From Phaeosaccion multiseriatum (lineage: Eukaryota; Protista; Ochrophyta, other classes): DNA of 64,000 nucleotides. Where the stretch lies: the NCBI GenBank assembly GCA_965112735.1, contig OZ218965.1, forward strand, positions 930,001 through 994,000. The letters are read 5' to 3'. The position numbers were made by a program, and so were the translations under genes. Shown piece after piece: positions 48,872-64,000 of the stretch. The notes below the pieces were generated by a model. The model saw only the letters and a program-made list of their open reading frames with translations, ran no database searches and was not told the origin of the DNA. Within the stretch, counting starts at the first letter, position 1; every line of letters starts with the position of its first letter.

Positions 48872-49622
48872 CTATGCTCTCCTGTATTCGGTATTATTTC
48901 CTCCTCCTCCTTCCCCTCCTCCGTCTGCGCTGGTGGCTCCATTTCCACCGCCACTCGAGACCCTGCCGGCCTTGTTGATCCAGCAGCAAATCGGGCACTC
49001 TGCAGGGGTGTGCTTCTTGGCCTGCTCGGGGCGTGTTTTCATGCACAGATGGATGGAATGAATGGATGGATGGCAGCAGAGGGGACGGGCAGAGAGAGGC
49101 GAACGATGATCAGAGGATCTGAGCAAGAGGCGCCACACCAAAGAAAGAGAGAGGGAAGTGAACGTGCATCGCTGGGGTGAGTAACACAAACAATGGGCTG
49201 CGTCTGGACATGCCCAAACTGACTCCTACGTGTTGAAGCAACCCCACAAAGGTTCGTCAAAGACCTGTTCATGTGGACATGTTCTCTTTCTTCTCTACAG
49301 TCCCCCAGCCCCCCCACCGCCTTCAATCTTCGATACGCACCGGGCAAAACCCAACTTGCCAAAGTAGATGAGTTGAACATGCAGCTTGCTCCAGTCCTCA
49401 CGGGCAAGTGGCTGGTGGCTGCATGCACGAAGGTTCGGGCGGCGACAGGGGACACGACAGCAGGGACAGGAGGAGGGGAGGAGGGGGATGGCAGTGTATG
49501 GGAGGGGAGGGGACGTGAGGTGAGACATGTTTGGGTACAGAGACGGGGCGGGGAGAGAGGGGGGCGGAGGGGAGTGGGAGAGGGTGGGTGCTAATAAACA
49601 CCATGGGGGAGAGCGCGCGCCC

Positions 49623-49655
<33 letters not shown>

Positions 49656-49858
49656 CAGCTTTGCGAGGGAAAGGGGGGGAAAGGGTAGGGTGTTTCTCAG
49701 CAGCCGACGGAAGCGACCCACTCTAGCTAATTGGAACTGAAACTCACCTCGTGAGCGCCTCCTCTACTCTCCCCTTGACGTCCTTCTCTTCCTTTCTAAC
49801 AGTGAGGCCGCAGCGCACTGCTTGTCGGTGGATGTGCGTGTCGACCGCAAAGCCCACA
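48872..49858 (-). pseudogene. nth: Second copy of the endonuclease III 3' fragment, further degraded
   Basis: Mirror of 16115-17086. The first acceptor AG is lost and there is an indel after LIYFG. Confidence 0.7.
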
Positions 49859-50271
49859 TTATGATGTACAGACGAGGAGAGGACAGGGCGGGGTGACACG
49901 GCAGAGGGGGTTTTGCGTTGTTCGTTGGGGCCCCAGTGACCTCAAGTAGGGGAGATGCGGTGATGGAAAACGTCCCGCCCAAGCCCTCCACACATATATG
50001 AGTACAATCGAAAACAATGCCACTCTTGACTCTTCTTCACTCAACCATGCCAACATCCCCTACTTAACCCCCCTCCGCAACTCCCACACTATCCCTCCCT
50101 CCCTTCCTTCCTTCCTTCCTTCCTTCCTTCCTTCCTTCCTTCCATCCTTCCATCCTTCCATCCTTCCTTCCTTCCTTCCTTCCTTCCCTTCCTTCCTTCC
50201 TTCCTTCCTTCCTTCCTTCCCTTCCTTCCTTCCTTCCTTCCTCCCTCTCTCTCCCCGCCTCAGCCTCGCAA

Positions 50272-50952
50272 GTGCGGTCCGAGTCCCCAGCGGCGTGTCA
50301 AGTCATGTCGCATACTCAGACCACTCAGTTGTGCACGGGCCCTAAAAAAACCCAAGATGCTGGAAGAGGAGGATGCGTGTGCGCTGCGCGGTCGTTGACT
50401 TTTGTTGCGGCGGACCAATATCTCTTCACAGAGCTGGAAGAAAGCCTATGTGAGCAAGCATCTTTCACCATGCACATCACATGGCAGTGTGACGCAGTCC
50501 GTAGACCGCATATACTGGGCTCGGCGGCATGGGTACCTCTTGGGTGTGAACACACTCACGTCGGCAGCCATTCAGCAAGACCTACATACATGCAAGGCGC
50601 TGTACAACATGGACATGAGAAGTCCATGTTGTACAGCGCCTTGCATATATGTAGGTCTTGCTGAATGGCTGCCGAAGCGAGTGTGTTCACACCCAAGGTG
50701 TATCCATTCCGCCGAGCCGGGTATATGCGGTCCACGGACCGCGTCACACTGCCATGTGATGTGCATGGTGAAAGATGCTTGCTCACGTAGGCATTCCTCC
50801 AGCTCTGTGAAGAGATATGATGAAGAAAGTCAACGACCGCGCAGCGCACAACTTCCTCTTCCAGCACGTTGGGGGGTTGTAGGGGCCGTCCACAACTGAC
50901 TGGGCCGAGTTTGCGACTTGACTTGACCCGCCGCTGGGGACTCGGACCGCAC
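50272..50952. repeat. Second copy of the ankyrin-gene fold-back hairpin, 7 nt loop
   Basis: Centre AACATGGAC-atgagaa-GTCCATGTT (loop 50615-50621); mirrored ORFs 50402..(+) and 50556..50867(-). Confidence 0.9.
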
Positions 50953-51167
50953 CTGCCAAGGGACCTTTCCTGTGCCCTGCTCTTCGAGTTGCTGCATAAT
51001 CTCGAGCGCGACGAGCTCGGTGGCCTTCAAAGGAGTGCCTTGCAGCCTCATCGGTGCCTTCTCCTGCCCTCCTTCCTCTGCTGAGCAGGGAGGTACAGTG
51101 CCTGCTGCGCCCCCTTCTTCATATCCACAAGGCCTCTATGCGCATGTCCAATCCTTCCAGCACTTAC

Positions 51168-51262
51168 AGTTCACGTTGATCCTCCTTGACGAGCGGCACG
51201 GTGGCGCCAGTGACGAGGGCGAGGGCGGCGATGAAGCCCAAGAGCACGTGCATGATGTTCAT
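51168..51262 (-). pseudogene. Secreted peptide precursor copy 3: exon 1 only, exon 2 deleted
   Basis: [31 protein letters not shown] plus GTAAGT donor. About 30 nt into the intron the sequence switches (~51138) to the ankyrin-leader sequence equivalent to 14878. Confidence 0.85.
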
Positions 51263-53251
51263 GGTGGTGGTAGGAGAGCTTGGAGAGACAAAGGCGTTGT
51301 CTTGGCAGGGCAGGGTTGGTTGTGATGCCCTAGGGAGGGAGTATGTCCTGTCATTCCAAGATACCTCTCAAATAAATAAAAGGCTCCAAGTGCGGCCTGA
51401 CCACCTGATTGTGGAGGGGCTCCGGGTTGGGATACCAGGCCAGTCCTTCCTCGCTGTGCTGCGGCATGGGAGGAGATGGCCATGGTCTACACTGTGGCGA
51501 CTGCCGTGTTCTGCGCTATGCTGCGTCTTCCCAACGCCGTCGGGCACGCGGTGAGTGGCGCGTGCAGGTGCGCTTGTGTGGCCTTTGAGCCCCGTGTTCT
51601 CTGGCTCCGCAGCAGGTGGTGTCTGGGCCTCCCGGTGATGGACCTTGTGGGGAATGTAAGTGCTGAGAGCGCCGTCGCTCTCGTGACTCGCAGCACGTAA
51701 CTTGTCCACAGTGTGACGGGTGCTCGCTCGCTCTGCTCCACTCGATGGTCACCTCGTCCCCGTTACTTGCTCCTTCGTTGCGGATGTGGCCTCTGATTGC
51801 GGCGATCTTGCAGTCCTTGTTCCCAATACCGGAGGCGCAGATTATGAGTACTACTACTATGATTAGGTTCGATTCGACACTTACCCTTCCCCTTCGTTCC
51901 CTTCTCGCGAGCCATAATCTTGCTTCGTCGCTCGTGCCCAGATCTGCGCGGCGTCCGGCCACTGCTGTCTCGATCTTTCACACGATGCCTGCACAGCGGA
52001 TGAGGACGAAGAAGGCGTACGAGGTGGGTGTGGTGCGCATGCCTCCTGCTCACCGATCTGACCCCCCCGTGTGGCCTGCCTGAGCTCTTGCGCACACCCT
52101 CCGCCCTTGATCTTTACGTTGCTGCTCTACGCTACTATGCGCTGCGCGCACGCTCAGGGGCTTTGCCGACTGCGTCACCACCACTAGCTACAGAGGAGAC
52201 TGGTGCCACGGGAGATTTGACGGGCGTGCCATTGAACTCTGGTGGCGCAGCAGAGGGAGCGAGCGCATGGGCACCTGGAGTGTTCGATCCGTGCTTCTCC
52301 TGAGAGGGAAGGAGGAGCGAAATAAGGTCGTGTAGTAGCGTCTTGAAGTTGGGCGGGATTGGAGGAGAGCAGAGCTGCACGGCTTGAGGGCCTGAACGCG
52401 ATCGAGAAGGATGCGCAGGTAAGGCAGAGGAAGGATAGAAGGAGTAAAGAGAGCCGAAGAAAGGTACTACCCCGCGTGATGTTCTCAGAACATGATAAAT
52501 ATATCAATACCCATTGAATAGTCGTGGCCCACGATCCTGCTCCCTCTCTGCTAGTCGTGCATGCCGCCTGCCTCACGGAGCCAGACTCGTTGACACAGTC
52601 ACCCATCGCTTCACCGCCCCCCCTTGATTTACGCTCCTCGTCAGCCTCGCTCTTCGCAACTCCCGCCGCAAGTTTGGCTGCCTCTCTTCTCCGTCAGGCC
52701 CTTTTGTGCGCTCATAGTGCCCGCACTATGTTGCCAAACCCAACAATATCTCCTCTCTCCTCGGATTATCTCGGGCCCTTATCCTCGCTCGCTCTCCGAA
52801 GCAACCCGGGCACGTCGCTAGTCGAAGCAGTTTGTACGCTATACCAGCGGATCTTCTTTTTTAAATCCTGAGTCTCGACGCCTGCACAGGATGGTCTCTC
52901 GGATCGCCGCCGAGACCTCTGGCAATCAGCCTCTACCGTAGAGCTGGTTGCCTCACCAATACGCCCACTTAGCCATCTAGCCTCTGATTCACTCATTCAC
53001 TTTAATGCTTGCTTCGCCTTTACGCCCCCACTGTCATCTACACCTCTCTATCGCCGTGAGAAGGCAGAGCGGACGGGGATCAACGCAGACAGGGGCGCGG
53101 GGAAGGAAAGGTTCGGTGTAATCGGCAATACGGCGACAACGCAAGAGCGCCGCTTCAACAACCAACTCGAAGCAATTGCCAGTGTGTTGATTTCGTGATT
53201 CAATTATGTGTTATCCTGACCCCGGCTTATCCTGGGGTTGTCCTTTATCCT

Positions 53252-53862
53252 CTACCATCCATGGCCATGTCCATGACCGTAGCCGTGCCACCCACGGAGG
53301 GTTCTTGCGTGCCATCCACCGTACTTCTTGTGGCCGTACTTCTTCTGGCCGCCCCAGCCGGACCCAGAGCCCCAGCCAGAGCCAGAGCCGGAGCCGGAGC
53401 CAGAGCCTGACCAGGACCCAGAGCCGGAGCCGGAGCCAGAGCCTGACCAGGACCCAGAGCCGGACCTCCAGCTGTGCGTGTGCGAACGGAGCGGGAGGAG
53501 GGCAACATGGCCAAAGTGAAGAAGGAAGACGAACGAAGACGAACGAGTCCGAGTCGAGGCCCGTCACGGGGCAGTGGAGAGGAAGAAAGAGAGGTGCGAT
53601 GGGTAGCCACACGAAGAGGTAACGAAGAGAGGAGAAGACGCGAAGCGAAGTCAGTATCGAGCGCAAGAGACCAGACAAGATAGACAGCCACGCAGAGACA
53701 AAGAAGAGGAAGAGAAGAGCGGAGCAAGCTGGGTCACAATGCGTATGTCTTTGTTTCAAGCACTCACAGTTCACGCTGGTCCTCCTCGGCGAGCGGCACG
53801 GTGGCGCCAGTGACGAGAGCGAGGGCGGCGATGAAGCCCAGGAGCACGTGCATGATGTTCAT
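53252..53862 (-). CDS. Secreted RxL-processed peptide polyprotein, copy 4 (type B, 104 aa); exons 53862-53768 and 53471-53252
   Basis: [104 protein letters not shown], with a GTGAGT...CACAG intron. Confidence 0.85.
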
Positions 53863-54166
53863 GGTGGTGGTAGAGAGCTTGGAGAGACAAAGGCGTTGTC
53901 TTGGGAGGGTAGGGTTGGTTGTGATGCCCTAGGGAGGGGGTATGTCATTTCCAAGATATTTTGGTATCTCTCAAATAAAAGGCTCCAAGGGCGCTTTGAA
54001 CCGACCACCCGACTGGAGGGGCTCCGGGTTGGGATGCCAGGCCAGTCCTTACAATCCTTCCCATTCCTCGCTGTACTGCGGCATGGGAGGAGATGGCCAT
54101 GGTCTACAGTGCGGCGATTGCCGTGCTCCTCGCTAAGCTGCGTCTTCCCAACGCCGTCGGGCACGC

Positions 54167-54324
54167 GGTGAGTGGCCTCCCGGTGATGGACTTTGTGGGG
54201 AATGTAAGTGCTCAGAGAGTCTTGCTCTCGTGCCTCGCAGCACGTGGTGAGTGGCCTCCCGGTGATGGACTTTGTGGGGAATGTAAGTGCTCAGAGAGTC
54301 TTGCTCTCGTGCCTCGCAGCACGT
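54167..54324. repeat. Perfect 79 bp tandem duplication upstream of copy 4
   Basis: GGTGAGTGGCCTCCCGG...CTCGCAGCACGT occurs twice; the mirror region near 6910-6990 has a single copy. Confidence 0.85.
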
Positions 54325-55960
54325 ACTTGTCCACGGTGTGACGGGTGCTCGCTCTGCTCCACTCGATGGTTACCTCGTCCCCGTCACTTGCTCCTTCGTG
54401 GCGAATGTGGCTTCAGATTGCGGCGATCTTGCAGTCCTTGTTACCAATACCGGAGGCGCAGATTATGAGTACTACTACTGTGATTAGGTTCGACTCGACA
54501 CTTACCCCTTTCTCACGAGCCATCATCTTGCTTCGTCGCTCGTGCCCAGACCTGCGCGGCGTCCGGCCACTGCTGTCTCGACCTTTCACGCGACGCCTGC
54601 ACAGCGGATGAGGACGAAGAAGGCGTACAAGGTGGGCGTGGTGCGCATGCCTTCTGCTCACCGATCCGACCCCCCCTTGCGGCCTGCATGAGCTCTCGCT
54701 CATACCCTCCGCCCTTGATCTTTGCTTTATTGCTCTACGCTACTATGTGCTGCGTGCACGCTCAGGGACTTTGCCGACCGCGCCACCGCGGCACTAGCTA
54801 CAGAGGAGACTAGTCCCACAGGGGATTTGACGGGCGTTCCATTGAGCTCTGGTGGCGCAGTAGAGGGAGCGAGCGCATGAGAACCTGGAGTGTTCGATCC
54901 GTGCTTCTCCTGCAGCGCGTTTGGGTGCGTCTTCCCCACCCTTGTGCCCGCTCACAGTGCCGTGTCTTCGTTCTTCCTCGCTTCCTCTTTGAAGCGACTT
55001 CTACTTCCACACGTGCGTGAGTCCTCTTGCTTGATCCTAAGTCTCGATCTCGGCAGCGAATGGGGACAATGACTATCGAGCGGGAGGCGGATCGCCGCGG
55101 AGGCCTCTGGCAAAGCTGAGGCCTTCATTTATTTCCCAGGGGGCCCACCCAAAAAGACCTACCCAATAACTCAAAAACCTGGATTATTCTGCCAAGAAGC
55201 TGTTTGCTTCGCCTTCACGCCCCCACTGGCTCATCTACGCCTCTCCATTCGCTCAGCGGCTTGTTGCTACTGGTCCGGGTCAACGCCTCTCGGTCAAGCA
55301 CCGCCCAGGCTAGTAAGTGCTACGGATGGATGGCCTGCTTGCTGATAGACCGCTCGTGTGTGGCTTGTGGAGCAGGCTGTTGTAGTTCGGAAAGAGAGAA
55401 GGAAGTGCTGGCAAGCGTAGACGAAAGGAGAGCCGAGAGACGAGAAAAAGCCTTGGTGAAAAACCGAGTAAATTACTTACGGGGGAAAGATCTCCTGCTA
55501 GGAAAGAACTATCGCACGTGAAGAGGTCAACACGTGCGCACTATGACCACGTGGAGCCTATAGGGGTAGTCAGAGCTAAGTTAATGAATCTTCTGTAACT
55601 GTGGGAATGTCACACACTATGATACAGGCCTGCTGCCCCCCCCCCCCCCGAACTCTCCCCTCGTTCAGGACGCTGATCGCCTCAACCCTCTTTGACGAAG
55701 GTCCTTCTCGTCACTGTCTCCTCCCTTTCCAAGCGATGTAACTCTAACCCTGTAGTCCCTTGTGTTCCTGACTTTCGAATGCCTTCCATCCATCTGGCTG
55801 TGCTTCACTTGCTCAGCTTGCGTGTGCCCCAGAAGCAGACGCAGGACGCGCGGAGGCCTTCGACACGAGCAAGCAGTAGCCCCGAGGTCAAGGCGTCAGG
55901 TGGTTCTCCCTCCGCACCTCGAGCAAGAAGGGGAAGGCGAGTGTCTGGCCGCAGGCGATC

Positions 55961-56283
55961 ATGTGGGAATATAGGAGATGTACTGTGGAAAGGTGCGCTA
56001 AGTTTGAATTCCGCGAAGGGCTTTGCTGTCGACTTGGTGGGGCCCGCTTCTGCTCTGTGCAGGGCTGCGGCACGCATGCGAAGAACGGTGGCGTTTGTGT
56101 GAAGGTGAAGCGCTGCCGCATAGAGGGGCGCCAGAAGCAGTGCAGCGAGGAGGCGGTTGCATTTCTCATGGGGCTCAGGTCAAGCGCTGCCGCGTTGGAG
56201 AGTGTGATAAGCTGGCGCGCGGAGGGACGTGCAACGGCATGTGCGAGAGGCATGCGCGCATCAGCAGCGAGGGAGGAGGCTGA
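55961..56283 (+). pseudogene. Decayed WRKY19-like zinc-finger repeat gene
   Basis: RRCTVERCAKFEFREGLCCRLGGARFCSVQGCGTHAKNGGVC..KRCRIEG / GGGCISHGAQVKRCRVGECDKLARGG, split by a frameshift. Confidence 0.7.
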
Positions 56284-56949
56284 GGAGAGAGACAGCGCGC
56301 GCTCATGAAGGCCTCCCCCGCAATGGCCGCGAGGAGGGCGAGGCGTGCACGGGAGGGAAGGGCAAGAAGCGAGGAGGGAGGAAGCCTCGCACCGCCTCTA
56401 GCCCTGCTGCCGCTGCTCGTGCCCAGGGGTAAGGGTAAGGGGGGGAGCAGCCCAATAGCCGTCGTGCAGCGAAGAAGAGGAAGGCACACCGTGTGGGGGA
56501 CGAGGTCCAGCTGCCGAAGCCGTTCCGCAGGTACCGCTGAGTGACTATTTGTGCGCCGACGGGCTCAGAGAGATGGCGCGACGTGAGATGAACAGAAGGT
56601 TGTGATTGGCGCTATAGAGGGCGATGTGGAGTGCCTTGAGTCTTGAACTGAAGAGGGAATGGAGAGGAGCAGGGCTGCATGTGGGAGTTAGACGACCTCG
56701 TTTGTCTTCTACTCGCCGGAGATGGGCCCGTGAAGGGGAGCGGAGGCAGCGGAGATTGTTTTCTAGCCTTCTCATGCACAGGATAATGAGTGCCAGCACA
56801 GAGTCGATATGGTGTAGGCGGGACCGGGAGAAGAACACACCGATAAATAGTACGTATCTCACCTCCCTCCCTCCTTTTCTCCACCCATTGTAGGTTTTCA
56901 CTTGAATATCATTTCATTTTATTTCAATTATCCGGGGCTGTGGGACCGT

Positions 56950-57710
56950 TCACCACCATCCGCGTCCATACCCGCCGTAGAAGCCCCGTCCGTAGCCCCA
57001 ACCCTTCTTGTGGCCGTACTTCTTGCCCCAACCACGGTATCCGCCCCACGAGCCGGAGCCGGACCCAGAGCGCCAGGAGCCTGAGCGAGAGCCTGAGCCG
57101 GAGCCAGAGCTGGAGCCGGACCAGCTGTGCGTGTGGGAAAGGAGCGCGAGGAGGGAAAAACGGCCAAAGCGAGGCGTACCCAGAGGCGACGAGGAAGACG
57201 AACGAGTCCGAGTCGAGGCCAGTCACGGCAGAGGAAGAAGAGAGGCGCGAAGCGTAGCCACAGGAGGAAGTGACGAAGAGAGAGGAAGACGCGAAGCGAA
57301 GTCAGTGTCGAGCGCAGGTCACGGCAGAGGAAGAAGAGAGGCGCGAAGCGTAGCCACAGGAGGAGGTGACGAAGAGAGAGGAAGGAAGGAAGACGCGAAG
57401 CGAAGTCCGTGTCGAGCGCAGGTCACGGAAGAGGAAGAAGAGAGGCGCGACGCGTAGCCACAGGAGGAGGTGACGAAGGGAGAGGAGAAGACGCGAAGCG
57501 AAGTCAGTGTCGAGCGCAAGAGACCAGACAAGCTTGACACAGGCACGCAGAGACAAAGAAGAGGAAGAAAAGAGCGGGGGCACAAAAGTGCATGTCCAAT
57601 CCTTCCAGCACTTACAGTTCACGCTGGTCCTCCTCGGCGAGCGGCACGGTGGCGCCAGTGACGAGGGCGAGGGCGGCGATGAAGCCCAGGAGCACGTGCA
57701 TGATGTTCAT
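56950..57710 (-). CDS. Secreted RxL-processed peptide precursor, copy 5 (type A, 89 aa); exons 57710-57616 and 57124-56950
   Basis: ...[69 protein letters not shown]. The intron has ~3 minisatellite units, and AATAAA lies downstream. Confidence 0.85.
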
Positions 57711-59324
57711 GATGGTGGTAGGAGAGCTTGGAGAGACAAAGGCGTTGTCTTGGCAGGGTAGGGTTGGTTGTGATGCCCTAGGGAGGAGGCATGTCCTGTC
57801 ATTTCCAAGGGAAATAAAAGGCTCCAAGGGCGCTTTGACCACCGGATTGGAGGGGCTCCGGGTTGGGATGCCAAACCTTCCCATTCCTCGCTGTACTGCG
57901 ACATGGGAGGAGATGGCCATGGTCTACAGTGCGGCGATTGCTGTGCTCCTCGCTGTGCTGCGTCTTCCCGACGCCGCCGGGCACGCAGTGAGTGGCGCCA
58001 TGCAGGTGTGTTTGTGTGTACTAGCTACGGTACCCAGGAGACTGGTCCCACGGGGGATTTGACGGGCTTTCCCTTAGGCTTTGGTGGGGGAGACACCTCG
58101 GCAGCCGGGAACTTCTTCCTCCGCGGGGGGCGAGGTGAGCACGCGAATTAAGGCAGCAGAGGGGGTGGAGTGTTCGATCCGTGCCTCCTGAGCACGACGA
58201 GCGGCGCAGCAGCGGCTGTGGACAACCAACAGAACATCCCACCCAACCTCCGCATCGGTATAGGCCGAGGAAGAGGCGGCCGTAACGGCAGCATAGGAAG
58301 AACAGCGAGTGAGGACACCGAGGGACGGGATGGGGGTGGAGGGGGGGGGGGGGCAGCTTTGGCGGGTTCTAATCCAGAGTATGGCAGTGCGGGTACCCGT
58401 ACAGTGAGTAGGGGCCCGTCCTTTTTCCTCCTGACACCTATCCGCTGAAGTTTTTTTTCCAATATCTCTCTCTCTTAACACTGCTGCTTTCCTGTTTCTT
58501 TGGCGGGGTCTGAGCCGTGTGAGCTGTGATGCTTAGGGAAAAAATCTTCTTCTTCATTTTATCTCCTTTATTAGTATACTGTACTCAAATGCGAGTACAT
58601 AGCAGCGCAACTCAGGGCTTCTCCTCCTCTTTGTTTGCGGAGGTTCCCGAGCTGCACCGCTCCCTCCCTTCCCCCCCCCTCAAAAAGAGCAATTACATAC
58701 TCGTGCCTCACGCCGCGCTTTGCTCTGTGTCCGGCGCTGCTTCAACGAGCAGCCACGCCCAATGCCCAAAGGCCCAATGGCCCAGCGGCCCCAACGGCCT
58801 CAGAGGCCCACCTCCCCACTAGGCAGCCTCTGCTGGCAGGGGGGTTGGCGCTAGTGTGTGGCTATTGTGTTTCTCAACCTTCCACCTCCAGGGCCTCCTC
58901 CCTACATACTTGGCTTGGCTTCGAACGCGCTTAAAAAAAAAGGTTCTACAGGACGGAGTTTGCGCTTCGGTTACTCGAGGCCCGCGCTTCCGCGTGCGCC
59001 GATCCATACCGCTGCGCTGCTGCCGCCGTTGCGCGGCTGCTGCTGCGTTGCGGCTGCTGTGACTGCTGCTGCTACTGCTTATGTTGCTGTTTCTTCTCCC
59101 TCTCCCTTCGCCCGCATCGTTCCTCGCCGACCTCACTCATTGCCTCGCCCCTTCCCTCTTCGCTTCCCTTGCAAAACAAGCAAAGGAAACAACGAGGCCA
59201 AAGAACCTGGCAATGCCCGAGAACAGCGCGGGGGAGGGGGGGGGGGTTGAGGGTACTCCGATACCGACGGGGCCACCCCATTCACTCCTCTTGGCCCATA
59301 GACTGAGAATGGTCATCAGTGTCG

Positions 59325-63068
<3,744 letters not shown>

Positions 63069-64000
63069 GACGCTATCTCTATTAGGGCTGGCTGCTGCTC
63101 CAGCAGGTGTTTATCGACACGACACACTTCGGCCCCACGGGCGTCTTTTTCCTCACTCCTCCTTCATCCCGATGAAACGTTAGCTGCAGCACTCCCCCCT
63201 CGCCCTCTCTTGGCGGCGGCGAGGGACTAGCACACAGGGAAAGAGATTGAGGGATCTATAGACCTATTGCAGTGTTGCGCACGCGTGATAGCATAGATAG
63301 ACGAGTTGTTTGGAGAGAGCAACTTCGTAACGTACCGTTAGACAGACGTCTGGAAACCCTCACCTCCATTTCCATGACTCACTCGAGTCCTGAAGCAGAG
63401 GTTTTAGTTGAAGCTCGGAAGGAGACAGAAAAGCAAGCAAAAAAACAGAAAGGGCGACAACAACATCTCTGTGTGGGAGTGACAGTGGGGAAGTGAGTGG
63501 GGGAAGTGTCGAGAAGCTAAGTCGGAGACCTGGAGACGGTTTTCTGCTTTCTTTCTTCCAGTAACAGGAGTGTGGCTTTGACGGCACACGAGTGCAACCT
63601 GCCCCTTCAACAACGACTGTGTGGAGTGACAGGGGGGAGTGACGGGGGTCAGGCGCACTTAGCTCCCAGACCTTTCTTGTTCGAGCGGCAGGAGCTGTAG
63701 GGCGCGATTCAGGCTCAGCGGGGATGGAGGGGCGCCAGCGCAAGGGTCGGGGCCAGAAACGGGGCGGCTTGGGGGCCAATTGGGTAGCTGTGGCGTCCAC
63801 TCCGCACCTAATAGCCAGTACAGTGGCCTTCTTGCTGGCCTTTCCCTATAATAGCGGCAGAGAAGGCAGCGCTGGGCGACAGAATGGCGTTGCGGCCTTC
63901 TCCCTGCCTGGCACGCCCTTGCCCAGCAGGGGCAGCATCGCTTCCCCAGGAGGAGAAGGAGGAGGCGGGTGCCGTCGCTGCCCTCCCCTGAATCTGGCCG

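Larger units (their letters stand above)
46310..58190. repeat. Right arm of the large inverted segmental duplication
   Basis: Reverse complement of blocks from 2070-19820 (see left arm), with internal deletion and shuffling. Confidence 0.9.

Noticed and set aside
63360-64000. Minus-strand ORF at the window end
   Set aside because: No recognisable motif and it is truncated by the window edge.

Overview
Eukaryotic, GC-rich, intron-rich DNA from a photosynthetic, probably flagellated stramenopile (ochrophyte). The taxon is inferred from GT-AG introns full of GGAG/GA/GT microsatellites, a ferredoxin with a bipartite signal + 'AF' plastid presequence, and MAPK15. A ~26 kb unique core carries NUB1, two large hypothetical genes (one with a stand-alone dynein microtubule-binding-like domain and a poly-Glu tail), a 'VDYSKWD' gene and an FdC2-type ferredoxin. 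The core is flanked by a large, rearranged inverted duplication (~2.1-19.8 kb versus ~46.3-58.2 kb), and MAPK15/ERK7 lies beyond the right arm. The arms hold a family the ORF track misses completely: five copies (four intact, one truncated) of a two-exon gene for small secreted precursors. Each has a signal peptide, a short acidic pro-piece, an R-x-L site, and a mature Gly/Ser/Trp/Tyr/Lys/His-rich cationic peptide. Two copies have a second internal R-T-L site, as in silaffin/cingulin-type polyproteins. The arms also contain F-box-like/ankyrin-like genes, long fold-back hairpins made from those same genes (with signs of arm-to-arm homogenisation), decayed WRKY19-like zinc-finger repeats, an intron-containing endonuclease III fragment, and transposon relics. 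All calls come from manual reading and motif recall; no database search was run.
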